A stretch of DNA of 64,000 nucleotides from NCBI GenBank assembly GCA_965112155.1, contig OZ218098.1. One strand, written 5' to 3'. Each line of letters starts with the position of its first letter. Position 1 is the first letter of the stretch. This document shows, one piece after another, positions 1 through 13,836 of this stretch. Source of the DNA: Podarcis liolepis (Eukaryota). Position numbers and translations under genes: made by a program. Under the pieces are notes generated by a model that was not told the DNA's origin, made no database searches, and saw only the letters and a program-made list of their open reading frames with translations.

Positions 1-288
<288 letters not shown>

Positions 289-914
289 TAAACTGGTGGA
301 AAAGATTGGATGGTTCTATCTGCCTGTTAGATATAGAAACTGAAGCAAATGAAGTGAGGAGAAGAGAAAAGGAAACGCAAAAATCAAAAGTAGCAAAGAG
401 TCTTATGGCATCTTAAAGACTAACAAATGTATTATGGCAATAAGCTTTCAAGGACCATAATATATGTGTTAGTTTTTAAGGTGCCACATGATTCTTTGAT
501 ATTTTTGCTGCAAAAGCATGACTACACCTCTGGAAATGGTTACAAAAACAAACAAAAAAATCCCATACATTCCCATTTCCCATGCCTATATCTATTATGT
601 GTCTTGTTCCGAAAATAAACACTTTGTTCTCACCTAACCCTTTTGATTCAGTGATCAGGGCTACATTAATTCCAGGTCTCAACAACTTAATCTGTTTTCT
701 GCAGCATGGCAAAAAAAAACCTGGTGTATGTTTAGTAATGTGCAGGGAAAAGTGCCTCCTGAACACATAAAAAGTACTTTTCTCACCTCTGGTTAGTCAA
801 AGCCAGTCCCTGTGCTAAGGATTGAGGAACTGCCCTGTCGTCCTTCAACAACTTTAATAAATAATAAAATAAAAGTAATAAAATAACAGGCTTTGAAGAT
901 CAGCTGATATACTG

Positions 915-1050
915 CAGGAGTGGGGAGCCTTTGCCCTCCAGGTGTTGTGAGACTCCAGCTCCCATCAGCCCCAGCCAACATGGCCAGAGGTCAGGCTTGA
1001 TGGGAGTTGTAGTCCAACAACATCTTGAGAGCCAGAGTTTGCCATCCTTT
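915..1050. mobile_element. Short palindromic hAT MITE copy (degenerate)
   Basis: Homologous to 62266-62402 (gccctccag...ctcccatca...gatgggagttgtagtcc...aacatct). Confidence 0.7.
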
Positions 1051-1582
1051 TGGGCTTAGGCATCTTTCTCTTTAGAAAACAAGTATTCGGAACAGTTAAG
1101 TAAGTAATGCCTGCAGTAAGTAAGCCTGCAGTCTCACACCAACATATGGAACAAGAAGCCATGTTGAAGTCAGCAGGGCTTGCTTCTGAATAGACAGGTA
1201 TAGATTTGGGCTCTGACTCAGTTTTCCTTTACCTTCTCCTATGCTAAACCATCTACTACCAAAGGGGAGCTTTCGCCATTCCTTCCTGCAACCCAGAAAT
1301 GCTAGAGCCCAACCCCTAACTGACGTAAGAAAATGGCCTCCAAGAATTCTAAAAAGGAAATGTGCTTTTGGCACTCTTGCCTTAAAATCTTTCCAGTGTG
1401 TCCTTCAGTGGTCATGCAGTAGGAAGTTTTAATTGCTGCACAATTTAATTTTCCACTGCTCCAGTGCAGTTCCCTGCCTTAATAATTCTCATTTGTAGAA
1501 AAGAGAGTCTTTCCCTGACACTGTTTAAATTATTCCAATGTCCTGTTCCACACACAGATTCTTCCATCCTGGTGTTTTATAA

Positions 1583-1930
<348 letters not shown>

Positions 1931-2470
1931 TAAATCCCACTGAATTCAATGAAGCTCCTCCCAAGTAAGGGTGCATAGGATTGCAGCCTTAGTTGAAATT
2001 CTCATAGATCTGCAATGTAATATCTCGACTCTTGGTTTGCATGCAAGTAATCCACAGGGCAGATTATAAAAGGTAATTCTGAACTCAGTTTTATTCTTGT
2101 GCTGTAGGAAATAATTTCTGCCTGTGAAATATATATTTATTGAGCGGCTTGGTGACTTAAGTCACCAACGCTCCCACCAAGTAGAATTAATTTATTTGGA
2201 GCACTTACAGAAATATTGGCATTCCATCTTGACTTTTGGATGATCTGCTGACATTTCCGATGTTGCGTCTCACCTATAATAGATATGGAGGTGTTAATTT
2301 TCTTTGTGGACATTAATCCACTTAAATGGAAATGTTTATTTTAATACCTACTTGTTCAGAAGAGGGCTGGATTTATCCTTTTGATTAACAGTGCACAGAA
2401 CTTGGCTTCTCTGACTTCAGAACGCTTTGTGTTTATTAAGGCTTAACAGCAGTAAGCTCGATTTTTCTAA

Positions 2471-2638
<168 letters not shown>

Positions 2639-4000
2639 TAATACTTAAAACTGCCATTTTTTCTGTTGAAGAGCCTCCTAGTTGGGCATTGTCTTTTCAT
2701 CCTTTCAGTGAAAAGGATTTGTGCTGAGAGAAGTCACCACTCTCTTTGGCCTGCTTTGCACAGCATGAAAACCCAAACCATGGCTTACTTACTGGGACTT
2801 TGCAAACATGCTAGCTTCCAGAACAAACCTTGGCTACAGACGGTGGCTAAGAAGGAGAGAGCTTAACCATGATCTTGGCTTAGCTGCAACACTGTGCTGA
2901 GCTAAAGGACTGGGGAAGAACAAAGTGGCTGCAATCTCCGCCTCCCCTCCCCTGAGCCAGTATATCTGCGCTAAGCTTTACTTGCAAAGTGGCCCTTCTT
3001 CCTCTCTCCTTACTAATCTTCACAAATACACATGTTCTTTGTTTAAGATACTCAATGGCCAGTGGTTACTTCTTATTTAAAAACCATTCTTAGACAAGAA
3101 ATTATTGAGGGTGGCTTTCTATAATAGAATGCTAAATTAAGTAGGTACTAAATTAACTGAGATGTGCCTTAGGAATAGTTTGTGCTTTGCATTTTTTGTC
3201 TGCATGTTCAAGTTCCAGACTTGCTCCATCTGAATTAGCTTCAGATTGGTTTTAAAACACACACACCACAACTGACTGTAGCTTCAGATCACATTGTACG
3301 TGCAGCTGTGCATATTTGTTTGGCTGTTGTTTTTTAAATTTGCCTACAGTCTGAGTACATGCAGGGGCATCTGGTCACAATCATAATACACATGGTTTTA
3401 AAACAATGTGTAGCTCCAGATCTGCTAGGTTCAGGTATAACTGATCTGTAATACGTACCCAATAAATGAACTTACTAACTTAGGGCTCCTCCTGACTTCC
3501 TTTTGAGCTACGTTTCTAGGCACAGTGGATGGCTTTGAGGTTTTCTTCCTGGGCCAGATCATCTCCCCTCTTTGAAATGGATCCAGTGGATCTATCACTG
3601 CCTACCCCCCCCCCCTTCGGCTCTGCCTCCACCCCACACCTGTAATACATCATTTCAGAGCCCTATACTAGTTACCACTGGAGGGAACACCACCAATGAT
3701 AGCTTCCCAACAGCCTGTGCTTTAGCCATATTGAAGATTTCTGCAATGGCCCCAGTCAGCGGAGGGACACCTCCACCTAATCCCACCAGCAGCACTGAGC
3801 AAGGGATTAGGATAGTTTTGTAACTGTGCTAAAAAGGAAACAAATTTATCTTCTGAAAGCCCTTAACACAGCTGGGCAGGTCTTCAGTTGGTGTTAAATA
3901 TTTAACTCAGTAGAGCTGCAGTGAATTATTCCAGCGACTCGGTTTTGTTTACCTGATCTCTGAAAAACCTGCAAGCAAAGCTCTTTTCCCCTTGAGATGA

Positions 4001-4348
<348 letters not shown>

Positions 4349-4894
4349 TGAGCCAACCAATCCTGCTCTTGATTAAACTGATGTTGGGGAGAAGGGTGCT
4401 AAACTAGTAGCACTGACTAGCCATGCAGATGTGTACAGATATTGACATACAACACTTTTGGCTAAAGCCTTCACTTGTGCAAATGACAGAGAGGGTGACT
4501 GATTTAACGTTCAGTAGCACAGTCTGGAACCTCACCGGATTCACCTTTGCTTAAGGCCCATAGTTTGCAGCCAAGACAGACTATTTTGACTGTGAGGAAT
4601 AAGGCCCTCACATAATGGGGACTGTCTGGCACATAAGGGGTTACAGATTTGAAGCAACAACCTTAAAAGTGTAGGAACAACACTGCAGACAAGTCTGAGT
4701 GGGCAGTCGCTGGAGCGTGCCAGCTGTTTAATTGGTAAGAATTACCAATTAAAGTAGATAGCATGACAATATATTTTTTATATTGTGATTGCCCTGTGAA
4801 CTGCCCTGACACCTCCGGGTATAGGGCAGTATATAAATTCAATCAATTAATAAGGAATTCTGTGTTAGAAGCAGTTTCTTATCAGCATTGTCTA

Positions 4895-5495
4895 AATGTG
4901 GGGTGGGAACCTGGGCTTGGGGCTGCATTGCTCCAGTGGAAAGCTCACCCCGCCCCCAGTTCCTTAAGTGATCAATGCAGATCAGCTAGGAAGGAGGACA
5001 TTTCCGTACCTACTGCAGTGCCAGGATGGGAATGTGAATCATTCTTTTTTCATTTCTCAGCTGATTGGCACAGACCATCTGAGGAGCATGGAGGGTCCGA
5101 TTTCATCCCCATTGCAGCCAGCTGGGTGGGGAGGTTTAAACCTCCAGTGCATGACAATAGGGATGAAAACTGCCTACCACTCCTTGGCTGGTCCACACAT
5201 CAGCTGTGGGTGATGGTGGTTTTCTTCTCCGTCACAGGGTGCCAGGCAGTTTAAACCTCTCTACGCAGGATACCTTGATCAGGAAGAACAGCTGATTGGC
5301 GTGCTGAGGAGCAATAGGCAATTTTCATTCCCATGTAGAGGAAAAACCTTCCGCCCAAAGTACCATTCGGTGGATGAAAATTATGCCCTCCCTACTTCTC
5401 TGATGGTCCACACCAATGTGCACACACCTGGGGAAGCCACGGGAGTGCTGTGGATTGCATAGGAAGGTCTAGTGGGCTGGATTAGGCCTACCCTT
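4895..5495. mobile_element. Old hAT-like non-autonomous element with internal inverted repeats (boundaries approximate)
   Basis: Repeated cagctgattggc...tttcatccc / gggatgaaaa...atcagctg units; 16-bp palindrome ggaggtttaaacctcc at 5130-5145. Confidence 0.4.
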
Positions 5496-5516
5496 GTTTT
5501 AAATGAAAACCTAGGT

Positions 5517-5582
5517 CAGCTTTCCCCAACCTGGAGCCCTCCAGATGTTTTGGACTACAACTCCCATTATCTGCAACCAGCA
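5517..5582. mobile_element. Half copy of the palindromic hAT MITE
   Basis: gccctccagatgttttggactacaactccca, as in the other copies. Confidence 0.6.
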
Positions 5583-5682
5583 TCGCCATGTGCTTCCTCT
5601 CCCTACTGGGCAGCACATTTTCCAAGTCTACAATCACTTTACTGCATTTTGACTAGTCTCCAGGTGCTGCTTCTCAACTTAA

Positions 5683-5895
<213 letters not shown>

Positions 5896-7075
5896 TAGTA
5901 GTGCCTGTAACTTCAGAGAGTTTCTCCATAGAAGCGAATGGAAACCAAGGCTCAGATTCTCCTTGTGAAACCACAACTCAAGTAAAAGTTTTTTAAAATG
6001 TGGCAGAGTCCGTTAACATTAAAGCGTTTGGGGACTCAAAGGAAATGCTAACACAAACGTTTAAAAACCTTATCTCTTTGATTTTCAAACCCTTCTCAGA
6101 TTTAATAGAAATGGCCACATTAACCTAATGAGCCTCTGTGAGAGTAGCTAATGGTTGTGGGGTTGTTTGTTTGTTAAACTTGATTACATGCCACTTCCTA
6201 GCAAAGCTCTTGTATGTTATCCACCCCTTAGAAAATGTACAATGATAACTCATTGCAGTACAAATATTCTACATGTGTAAGCTCACAGGTCAGGTATCGC
6301 TGTCAGTAAGCCTCTTGTTCAGGCCACACTGTCTGTGCTTCACGTTCTTCCTTCTGGATTGTTCTTAAGGTTTTTGCCTCAAAAAGACCAAGGCTAACCT
6401 TGCATGGAACAATCTTCAGCTCAAGCCACTGATTCCAGGCAAAATACTGTTATGTCAGCAACAGCACAAAGGAAGACATCTGGCTGCACGGAATGGCTGT
6501 AAAAAATGTAGTCACCTCATGCGCTAATAGTGTGTAGCTTTTAGGCGTGCTCTGTCAAGTCCTCTATCTCACTCGCATTTTAATGTAGCTCATATTCACT
6601 ATGGGAGTTGTTTTTGTTTGTTTTTTACAATTTAGAAAATACAAAGGCAAGTTAATGTTGCGTCATATCTCTGGGTAAACGTCTAAGTGAAAGACAAAGG
6701 TCTAGTTTTCAGTGCAGGGAGCATCAAGCAGGAGACTTGGTCCAAGTTCTGTTGCAAGGATAAACTTTTGGACTAAAAATGGCTGCAGAGTTGGGGCCAC
6801 TCTAAACTCGCATGTTCTTCTAAATCCAAGGCTCCTCTAAGCGCAAAGATGCTTCAGCAACAGGATATTCCAAATGTGTCCAATGCTTCTCTGCAGTCCA
6901 GGTGGCTCACTAAATGTTTTGCTTCTAAACTTGTTGAAGAAAATGTAATTGTTTCTAATGAAAAGCAGTCTTCAAAGCAAACATTTGTCCCTGGCATGGT
7001 CATGTTTTGTGAGAAAGAAGTGCCAAAAGAAAAAAAGAAAAGGCAGCATTAGCACAATACGAAATGTGAACACAG

Positions 7076-7284
7076 TATCTAACCTTGTGCACTTTTTATT
7101 TCTTCCCCTGTTTTATTTCCTGCATGCCATTCTCCCCCCCCCCCAATCTCTCTCCACCTGCTGCATGGTGCACCTCCTCCTCCTCCTTCTCTCCTTGCCC
7201 CTTTCTTGTTCTCCTTCTCTTCTTTGTCTTATACCACCACCCCACTGGCACTGCATGCCCTGCTGGCTGGCGCACTGCCTAACC
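7076..7284 (+). promoter_or_regulatory. AG-exclusion zone and distant branch point of the NM exon
   Basis: No AG from 7076 to 7284; ATCTAAC with branch A at about 7082; pyrimidine tract; three TGCATG motifs. Confidence 0.75.
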
Positions 7285-7286
7285 AG

Positions 7287-7367
7287 GACCACTCCGGCAC
7301 ACTTGGCCCCGAGGAATTCAAAGCCTGCCTCATCAGCTTGGGTTACGATATTGGAAACGATGCACAG
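7287..7367 (+). CDS. ACTN1: ACTN1 alternative NM exon (Ca2+-sensitive EF-hand; [27 protein letters not shown])
   Basis: aaccag| acceptor, CAG|gtactg donor, 81 nt; matches the known non-muscle exon. Confidence 0.96.
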
Positions 7368-7405
7368 GTACTGAATGCTAGCAAGGAACTCAGGCAAATA
7401 TCAAA

Positions 7406-7894
7406 CCCTAAGGGAATAACATATTTCTTCCTTCTCTTCTTTTTTGTTTTAATCCGTCTTGTCAATGTTCTTATATTTTATTGTGCATATTTCTGCATAC
7501 TGTTGTATGTTCTGTCATAATTCCATTCTTTTCTTTATGCATTGTCAAATCAATTTTTCTCTTCTTGGTTACACATTCCATTTGCTTGATTCCCTAAAAC
7601 TCTTCTTGCCTTCCTTTCTCTTCTCCATTTTTTAAAAAATTATCTTCCTATTGGTACCTTTTTCTTCTTGTTGTTGATCCTTAAACTTTCATCTGCTCCT
7701 TCATTTTCAATGGAATGAATCCATCTCTTTGTTTTCTTCAAATTATTTTCATATTTTCTTTTGTTGTTCAATATATCTCATCTTCCATTTTTCCTTCATG
7801 CAAATCCATTCTTTTAACACCTTCCGTGAGTTCATCTCTACTTTCTATTCCTCTCTTTTCCCTTTCATTCTTCCATCCCTTTATGACTGTGTAG
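7406..7894 (+). promoter_or_regulatory. Long polypyrimidine/AG-exclusion zone and distant branch region of the SM exon
   Basis: Only one AG (GAG 7828-7830) between 7413 and 7892; many TCTT (PTB-type) motifs; branch candidates CCCTAAG/GAATAAC at 7406-7420. Confidence 0.75.
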
Positions 7895-7960
7895 AAGAAG
7901 ACTGGCATGATGGATGCTGAAGATTTCCGCACCTGCCTTATCTCCATTGGTTACAATATG
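7895..7960 (+). CDS. ACTN1: ACTN1 alternative SM exon (Ca2+-insensitive; KKTGMMDAEDFRTCLISIGYNM)
   Basis: gtgtag| acceptor after a very long pyrimidine tract, ATG|gtaatg donor, 66 nt; homologous to the NM exon and matches the known smooth-muscle exon. Confidence 0.94.
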
Positions 7961-10072
7961 GTAATGTAGAAGCACCTGCCACTTATATTCACAATGGTAT
8001 ATTTGACCCTTAAACGAGAAAAGGGCATACTGCTAGTGAACCCAGGTAAAGCTTTGTCAGTCCCGTGACTTGTGAATAAAATCTATGGCATCAGTGGCAT
8101 ATTTATTTACAAACTGGATTGACTTCATACTTTATTTTTGGAAGAAGAATCAGAATATAATCCAAACTGATTCCTGGTTGACCTCTGAATAAGTAGAACA
8201 AAACAATGTCCAAGCCTTGTTCTCCCATGGCCATTTTGCTTTGTATCTGGATTATAATTATGCATTTGTTGCTAATTCATTGTGAGCAGCCCACACAACA
8301 ACCCTTCACACTTGTCCTTCTGCTGTAAAAATAGTCCATTTTCCCACATTTAAACTGCGAGAGTTGGTTTATCAAAAAATGATTTTTTCTTCTTCATTAT
8401 GTACATCCATTGGTATGGAAGAAATTCAATGATCAGGGCTAGCATTTTGGCTTGCCAGACAGAAGAGTCTCCCCCCACCCTCCTCTCCCTGCATGCAATT
8501 GCAGAGGTTCTCTCAACCCCTGCCCCCAGAGCCAATTTGGGGCGGGGGGAGAAAAGGCAGAGAAAGCCCTATGACACATGTGAAAGTCCTTGCTCAGGGC
8601 TGCTACTTGACAGGATTCATTAGTTGAATCCTGTTTTAAGGGGATTTTTTATTCAAACATTTTCGAAGCTCCCCTTTGGCCAAAAATGGTATTTTGTGTC
8701 GGTCTCACAAATCCATAAAAACAACTGGATTTATTCGCAATAAAAACAAACGGCAAAACCAGCAATATATCAACCAACAGATGAAAACCATTTAACCATG
8801 CAGTGTGGGATGCAGCTGCACAAGAGTCTTGGGCACCTTTTCTGTTAAATACTCTGTGCATATTTTCTGTGACTTCATTGTCGATGAGCAACACAGCTCT
8901 CTCTAGGTACGTCTTTGCCATTTTGTGAACAGTTCATGTTTTCACAGTGAAAGGCACACCATCTTTACTCAGAAGAAACTCCTACGGTAGTTAGCGGTGT
9001 TTATTCCAAGGAAAGTGTACACAGAACTGCAGTCCCACAGGGCAACTGTATACTCACATTTTTCTGGAACTGGAGCTATGCTGGTAGAAGTCGCTGGAAG
9101 GGAAATTAGTTATAGCCATCAATTGAAGGGGTGTAGGATATGGTGACGGTCTGTGCCTTCCCATACTGCCTATATTCCACCCATAAGTTCCAGTGGCCCT
9201 GTGGCAGCTAAAATTAGTAGTTCTAAGAATGCAATGCTATTTTCCAAAGAAGTGTATTTTTCAAAGTTATCCATTCTTTAGATCAACAGAGACAGGATGC
9301 CTAATACTATAATCTCATATCTGGCAGTACTACTAATTTTAGCTGTCACAAGGCCACTGAGTTTATCTTCATCAGATTCTGTGATCTCAAATCTTTGGTC
9401 TGGAGCTTGCCCCATCCATGTAAGTTGCTGCAACTGAATTCCATGAATTTTGCTACCACACATGTTACACTGCTCATGTGCATAGCCCATTTGCATAGGC
9501 TAGAAAAGAGGAGGGGGAATTCAGCAATAACATGCTAATTGGCCCCTAGGCTTATTCTTGCCTCAAAATTTATAAAGAGGGAAAAGGAAGTTGCTAGTGA
9601 ACATGTTACAGTTCTCAAGCACCCAGTTCTAAGATGTGAAATGTGGTGAATCTTAATCTCCAGTGAGATCAGCTTTTGTTAACCATGTTTCCTAGCCATG
9701 AAACTGTCAAGGGTACTTTTATTGTGTTTCCCTTCCTATAAAGAGGGTGTTTCTACACAGCAGCTTCTTGTGGACTTGGTGCCATGCATTGCCCACACTC
9801 AACAGCAGCAGCATCACAATAATATGGCATTTGGGTGGTGTTTGGTTGGAGCTTGAGGAATGTCTCTACCTGAAGCAGCTACGCCATTGGCTTCCATTGG
9901 TTGCTGTCTTATCAGACCTGTGATAAGGGGTAGCAGCCCCATTCTTTGGGTGTCAGTGCTGAGAATACTACTTGGTGCCAAACATTTATGAGCTTGTCTT
10001 CCTTATAACTACAAATGCAGTCAAACTACTTCAATTAATTCTTCATGTGCTACATCCTCGATGCCTCTGGAA

Positions 10073-10211
10073 CAGCCTTCCCGAACTTAGTGCCCTCCAG
10101 ATGGGTTGGACTACAACTCCCATCAGGCCCAACCAGAGCAGCAATTGTTAAAGAAAATGGGGGTTGTAGTCCAAAACATCACTGGGGGGGTGGCCAGTTT
10201 GCAAAAGGCTA
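10073..10211. mobile_element. Palindromic hAT MITE copy
   Basis: cagccttccc...aaaggcta termini; ggactacaactccca / ggggttgtagtcc arms. Confidence 0.7.
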
Positions 10212-10267
10212 TGGTGTGTTTCCATAACAAATGCCTATTTCATCCTTTCCTGCCCCCAGTAGATTGA

Positions 10268-10510
<243 letters not shown>

Positions 10511-11873
10511 TGACTAGATGAGGAGTGGTGGAAACAGCCTGACCAAGATGCCCCCCAGGGAGAGTGCAGTGGAAGACAATTTAGAGCCGGTGTTGGTGTC
10601 TTGGTGTTGGATGACCAAACACCCCCTAGAGGAGGAGAGCTGGGAGATACTGGAGTTGAAAAGTTGCCAACTCCTTCTCCCACTCCCAAAACAAGGCACT
10701 TGCTTTATATAATACAGCAGAAAACTAGGCAGACACAGAGAAGGTCCCTTGGAACTCACTGTAGGCAGAGGGAAGGATATGATACACAGAAAATAGACTA
10801 GCTGGGGGTAAGGAAGACACCCTAAGCAACAGCTTATGCTGAGGGAGCATATGAGTCTCCATGAGTCTGATTCTTAATAAAACTGCTAGCTGCAAGTTTC
10901 CTGTCTGGCCTTGTCTCTCTCTGATCTTCGCTGAACTGTGCTACATGTCAGCGCTTCCCCGTGACAGCTGAAATATAAAAATATAACCTGGGTTTTTCAA
11001 ATAAAGATTTTAGGAATGTGTTGTAATTTATTTCAGGTTGGCTGAAACATTAATATAACCTGTTTTGCTTATGGTAATTTGGCCCAATTTGGCCTGCAAG
11101 GCCATTTCCCTCCAACCCACACAACCACTGGTCACGAGTGTCGTCAGCTGATGGGTCAGAAGACAGGGTTTAATCCTGCATTTGGCCGTACACCCTGTTC
11201 CCAGTAGGGAACAGGATCATACAGCCAAGGGAGCAGGCTTTAATCCCTACTCATTAGCTGATGGGTGGAGTTTAAAGCTCTTTCCAGAAGTGCTGTTTGA
11301 AGGAGGTCACACTTCTTCTTTTTTTACTCCACTGGGGTCGTGGCAGCAGGATGAGGGAGAGGAGTCTCCCCCTCCACCCCACTGAGACGGCCTGCCCACA
11401 AGCTAAAAGGAGGAGCATTGCAAACACCGCTTTTCCAAAGTGTTTTAAGGCAGCCTCCAGTAATAAGCAGTACTTCATATGCACGTTGGCTGATGGCAGG
11501 GTGATCCTGACTGGTCTGGATACATGTGAGAACTCTCTGCAGGGAACTCTCTCACACACACCTGAACCTGCTCAGGTAGGTTTTCCGCATGGCAGACAGC
11601 AAGGTCCTGCTAACAGGAAGATTTTTTCCTTTAAAATGAAGCGGGGGCGGGCAGGGGACTTTCCGTTAGCTACACCTTGCTACCTGCTGCTTTCAGGACT
11701 TCAAAACACCAGATCCCCTGCTGTAATTTGTGACATTAGTTGATGGATAAGGATCTGGCCTGTGGAGCCAAAAAGGTTCCTCATCCATGTCCTAATATTG
11801 CAAATTATAAAAGATGCTGCACCCCAATTGGAAAGCAACAGAAACACAGAAAATGCATATCAAATAAAGCCAC

Positions 11874-12113
11874 TAGTCGTACCTTGGATCCCGAATGCCC
11901 TGGAACTCGGACGTTTTGGCTCCCAAACACCACAAACCCAGAAGTGATTGTTCCGATTTGCAAATGTTCATTTGGAACCCGAATGTCCGATGGGGCTTCC
12001 GGGGCTTCTGAAGCTGCCTGCAGCCAATCAGAAGCCGCGATTTGGTTTTCGAATGGTTTGGAAGTCGAATGGACTTCCGAAACAGATTCTGTTCAACTTC
12101 CAAGATATGACTG
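11874..12113. mobile_element. Tc1/pogo(Tigger)-like MITE in the last ACTN1 intron
   Basis: TIR agtcgtaccttgga / tccaagatatgactg followed by TA. Confidence 0.7.
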
Positions 12114-12175
12114 TATTTAATATGGAAATAATTACAATTTACATTAATAAAATTGTGCCTGCCTCATCTAGTTAA

Positions 12176-12367
<192 letters not shown>

Positions 12368-12906
12368 CTATTACCTATCTATCCACCACACATCCTTACC
12401 CTCTCCCATCCAGGAGCACTTTTCTTTCTGTTTGCAAAGCGGGCTCTGCTCTGCCTTTTCTCTCCCCTCCCCCCTGTCCTTCCTGTTTCCACTTCAGATC
12501 CCAGATCCCATTTGGGGTGGGGGCAGCAGAGGGGGAAATGTTGAAATGAAACAGTTTATCATGCCCCTAAAAGATGACGGTTTACACAATTATTTTCTGC
12601 AGAAAAAGAAGTTACATATCAGCAAACGTATTTTATTACAGAAAAAAAAAGTATTTTTCTCCAAGATTGACGCGTAAATAGAAAATGTTAAAAGTATTAC
12701 ACAAAATGTATACGGTTTGTTTTTCTTCTTCTTGCCATTCAGACATAGGAAATGGAGTTCCGTGTTGCGTTCCATCCTAAGATTCCCAAGCCCAGCGCCA
12801 CTCCCCCCCCCCACCTGTCTCTATTTCCTTATCACATTTATTTTAAGAGGCGGAGGCACACAAGTGCATGTATTGCTGGTTCACTTGTTTCATGAAAATA
12901 TTTTAC

Positions 12907-12912
12907 AATAAA
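12907..12912 (+). terminator. ACTN1 polyadenylation signal AATAAA
   Basis: AATAAA about 540 nt after the stop, followed by GU/U-rich sequence (gctgtgttttt); a weaker ATTAAA lies at 13082-13087. Confidence 0.75.
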
Positions 12913-13604
12913 ACTTTTTGAAATTGCTGTGTTTTTTAGGGAAAAATAATGTACACAGCTCATGTTTTCATATTTAATTAAAATTGCAATATGCCTACTT
13001 TGTGTTGTTGCTGAAAGTTGTCTGGTTTCCAAACATGGCGCTTGAGAGTTGGCATCTTTGATATTGCTTGTCACAGACCATATTAAAAAGAAAACTTATT
13101 GTGATAACAAATCTAGACTTCATTCTTTTGTCTAGTTAACTTGTTTCTCTATAACCAGAAAGGCTTTCCAACACTATTCAGAATGCATTGGTCGCTTGGA
13201 GGGTTTTTTGTATATTATTCTGATGTTCATGTTTTTACCTGTTTTCTTAAATGCAAGACACCAAAGTGCTTTCCCCTCCTCCACTCTGCTTTGGAATTGT
13301 ATTGATGTTTACGTGGCTGGTATTACTTCTTCAAATGGAGATAATCTTAAGATAACGAAAGATAAACTTGGACCAAACATGAAGTATGCAAATTGCTGGA
13401 ACTTGCAGCTTTTTTCCAGCAAAGAAATAATTAGCAGTCAATTTTCCTGTTTTAAAGAAGGTTTTTAAGTGACTGACAACAGTCTTATACATGTCTTACT
13501 CAGAAGTCCATGGAGTTCAATGGGACTTCCAGCTAAGTGGGTATAGGACTGCAGTCTTACAGCATGTTCCTATGCAAGTTTACTCAACGTTAAGCCACAC
13601 TGTA

Positions 13605-13836
13605 CAGTCATACCTTGGGTTGCGAACGCTACAGGTTGTGCGTTTTCAGGTTGTGGACCGCTCCAAACCCAGAAGTACCGGAACGGATAACTTCCGGGTT
13701 TCGGTGCTCACGCATGTGCAGAAGCACTGAATCACGTGATACGTGTGCGCATACGCGGCGCTGCAGGTTGCGAACGTGCCTCCCGCATGAATCACAACCC
13801 GAGGCATGACTGTATTCACAACCCGAGGTATGAATG
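13605..13836. mobile_element. Tc1/pogo-like MITE with duplicated right TIR
   Basis: TA|cagtcataccttgggttg...caacccgaggcatgactg|TA, then a second tcacaacccgaggtatgaatg|TA. Confidence 0.75.
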
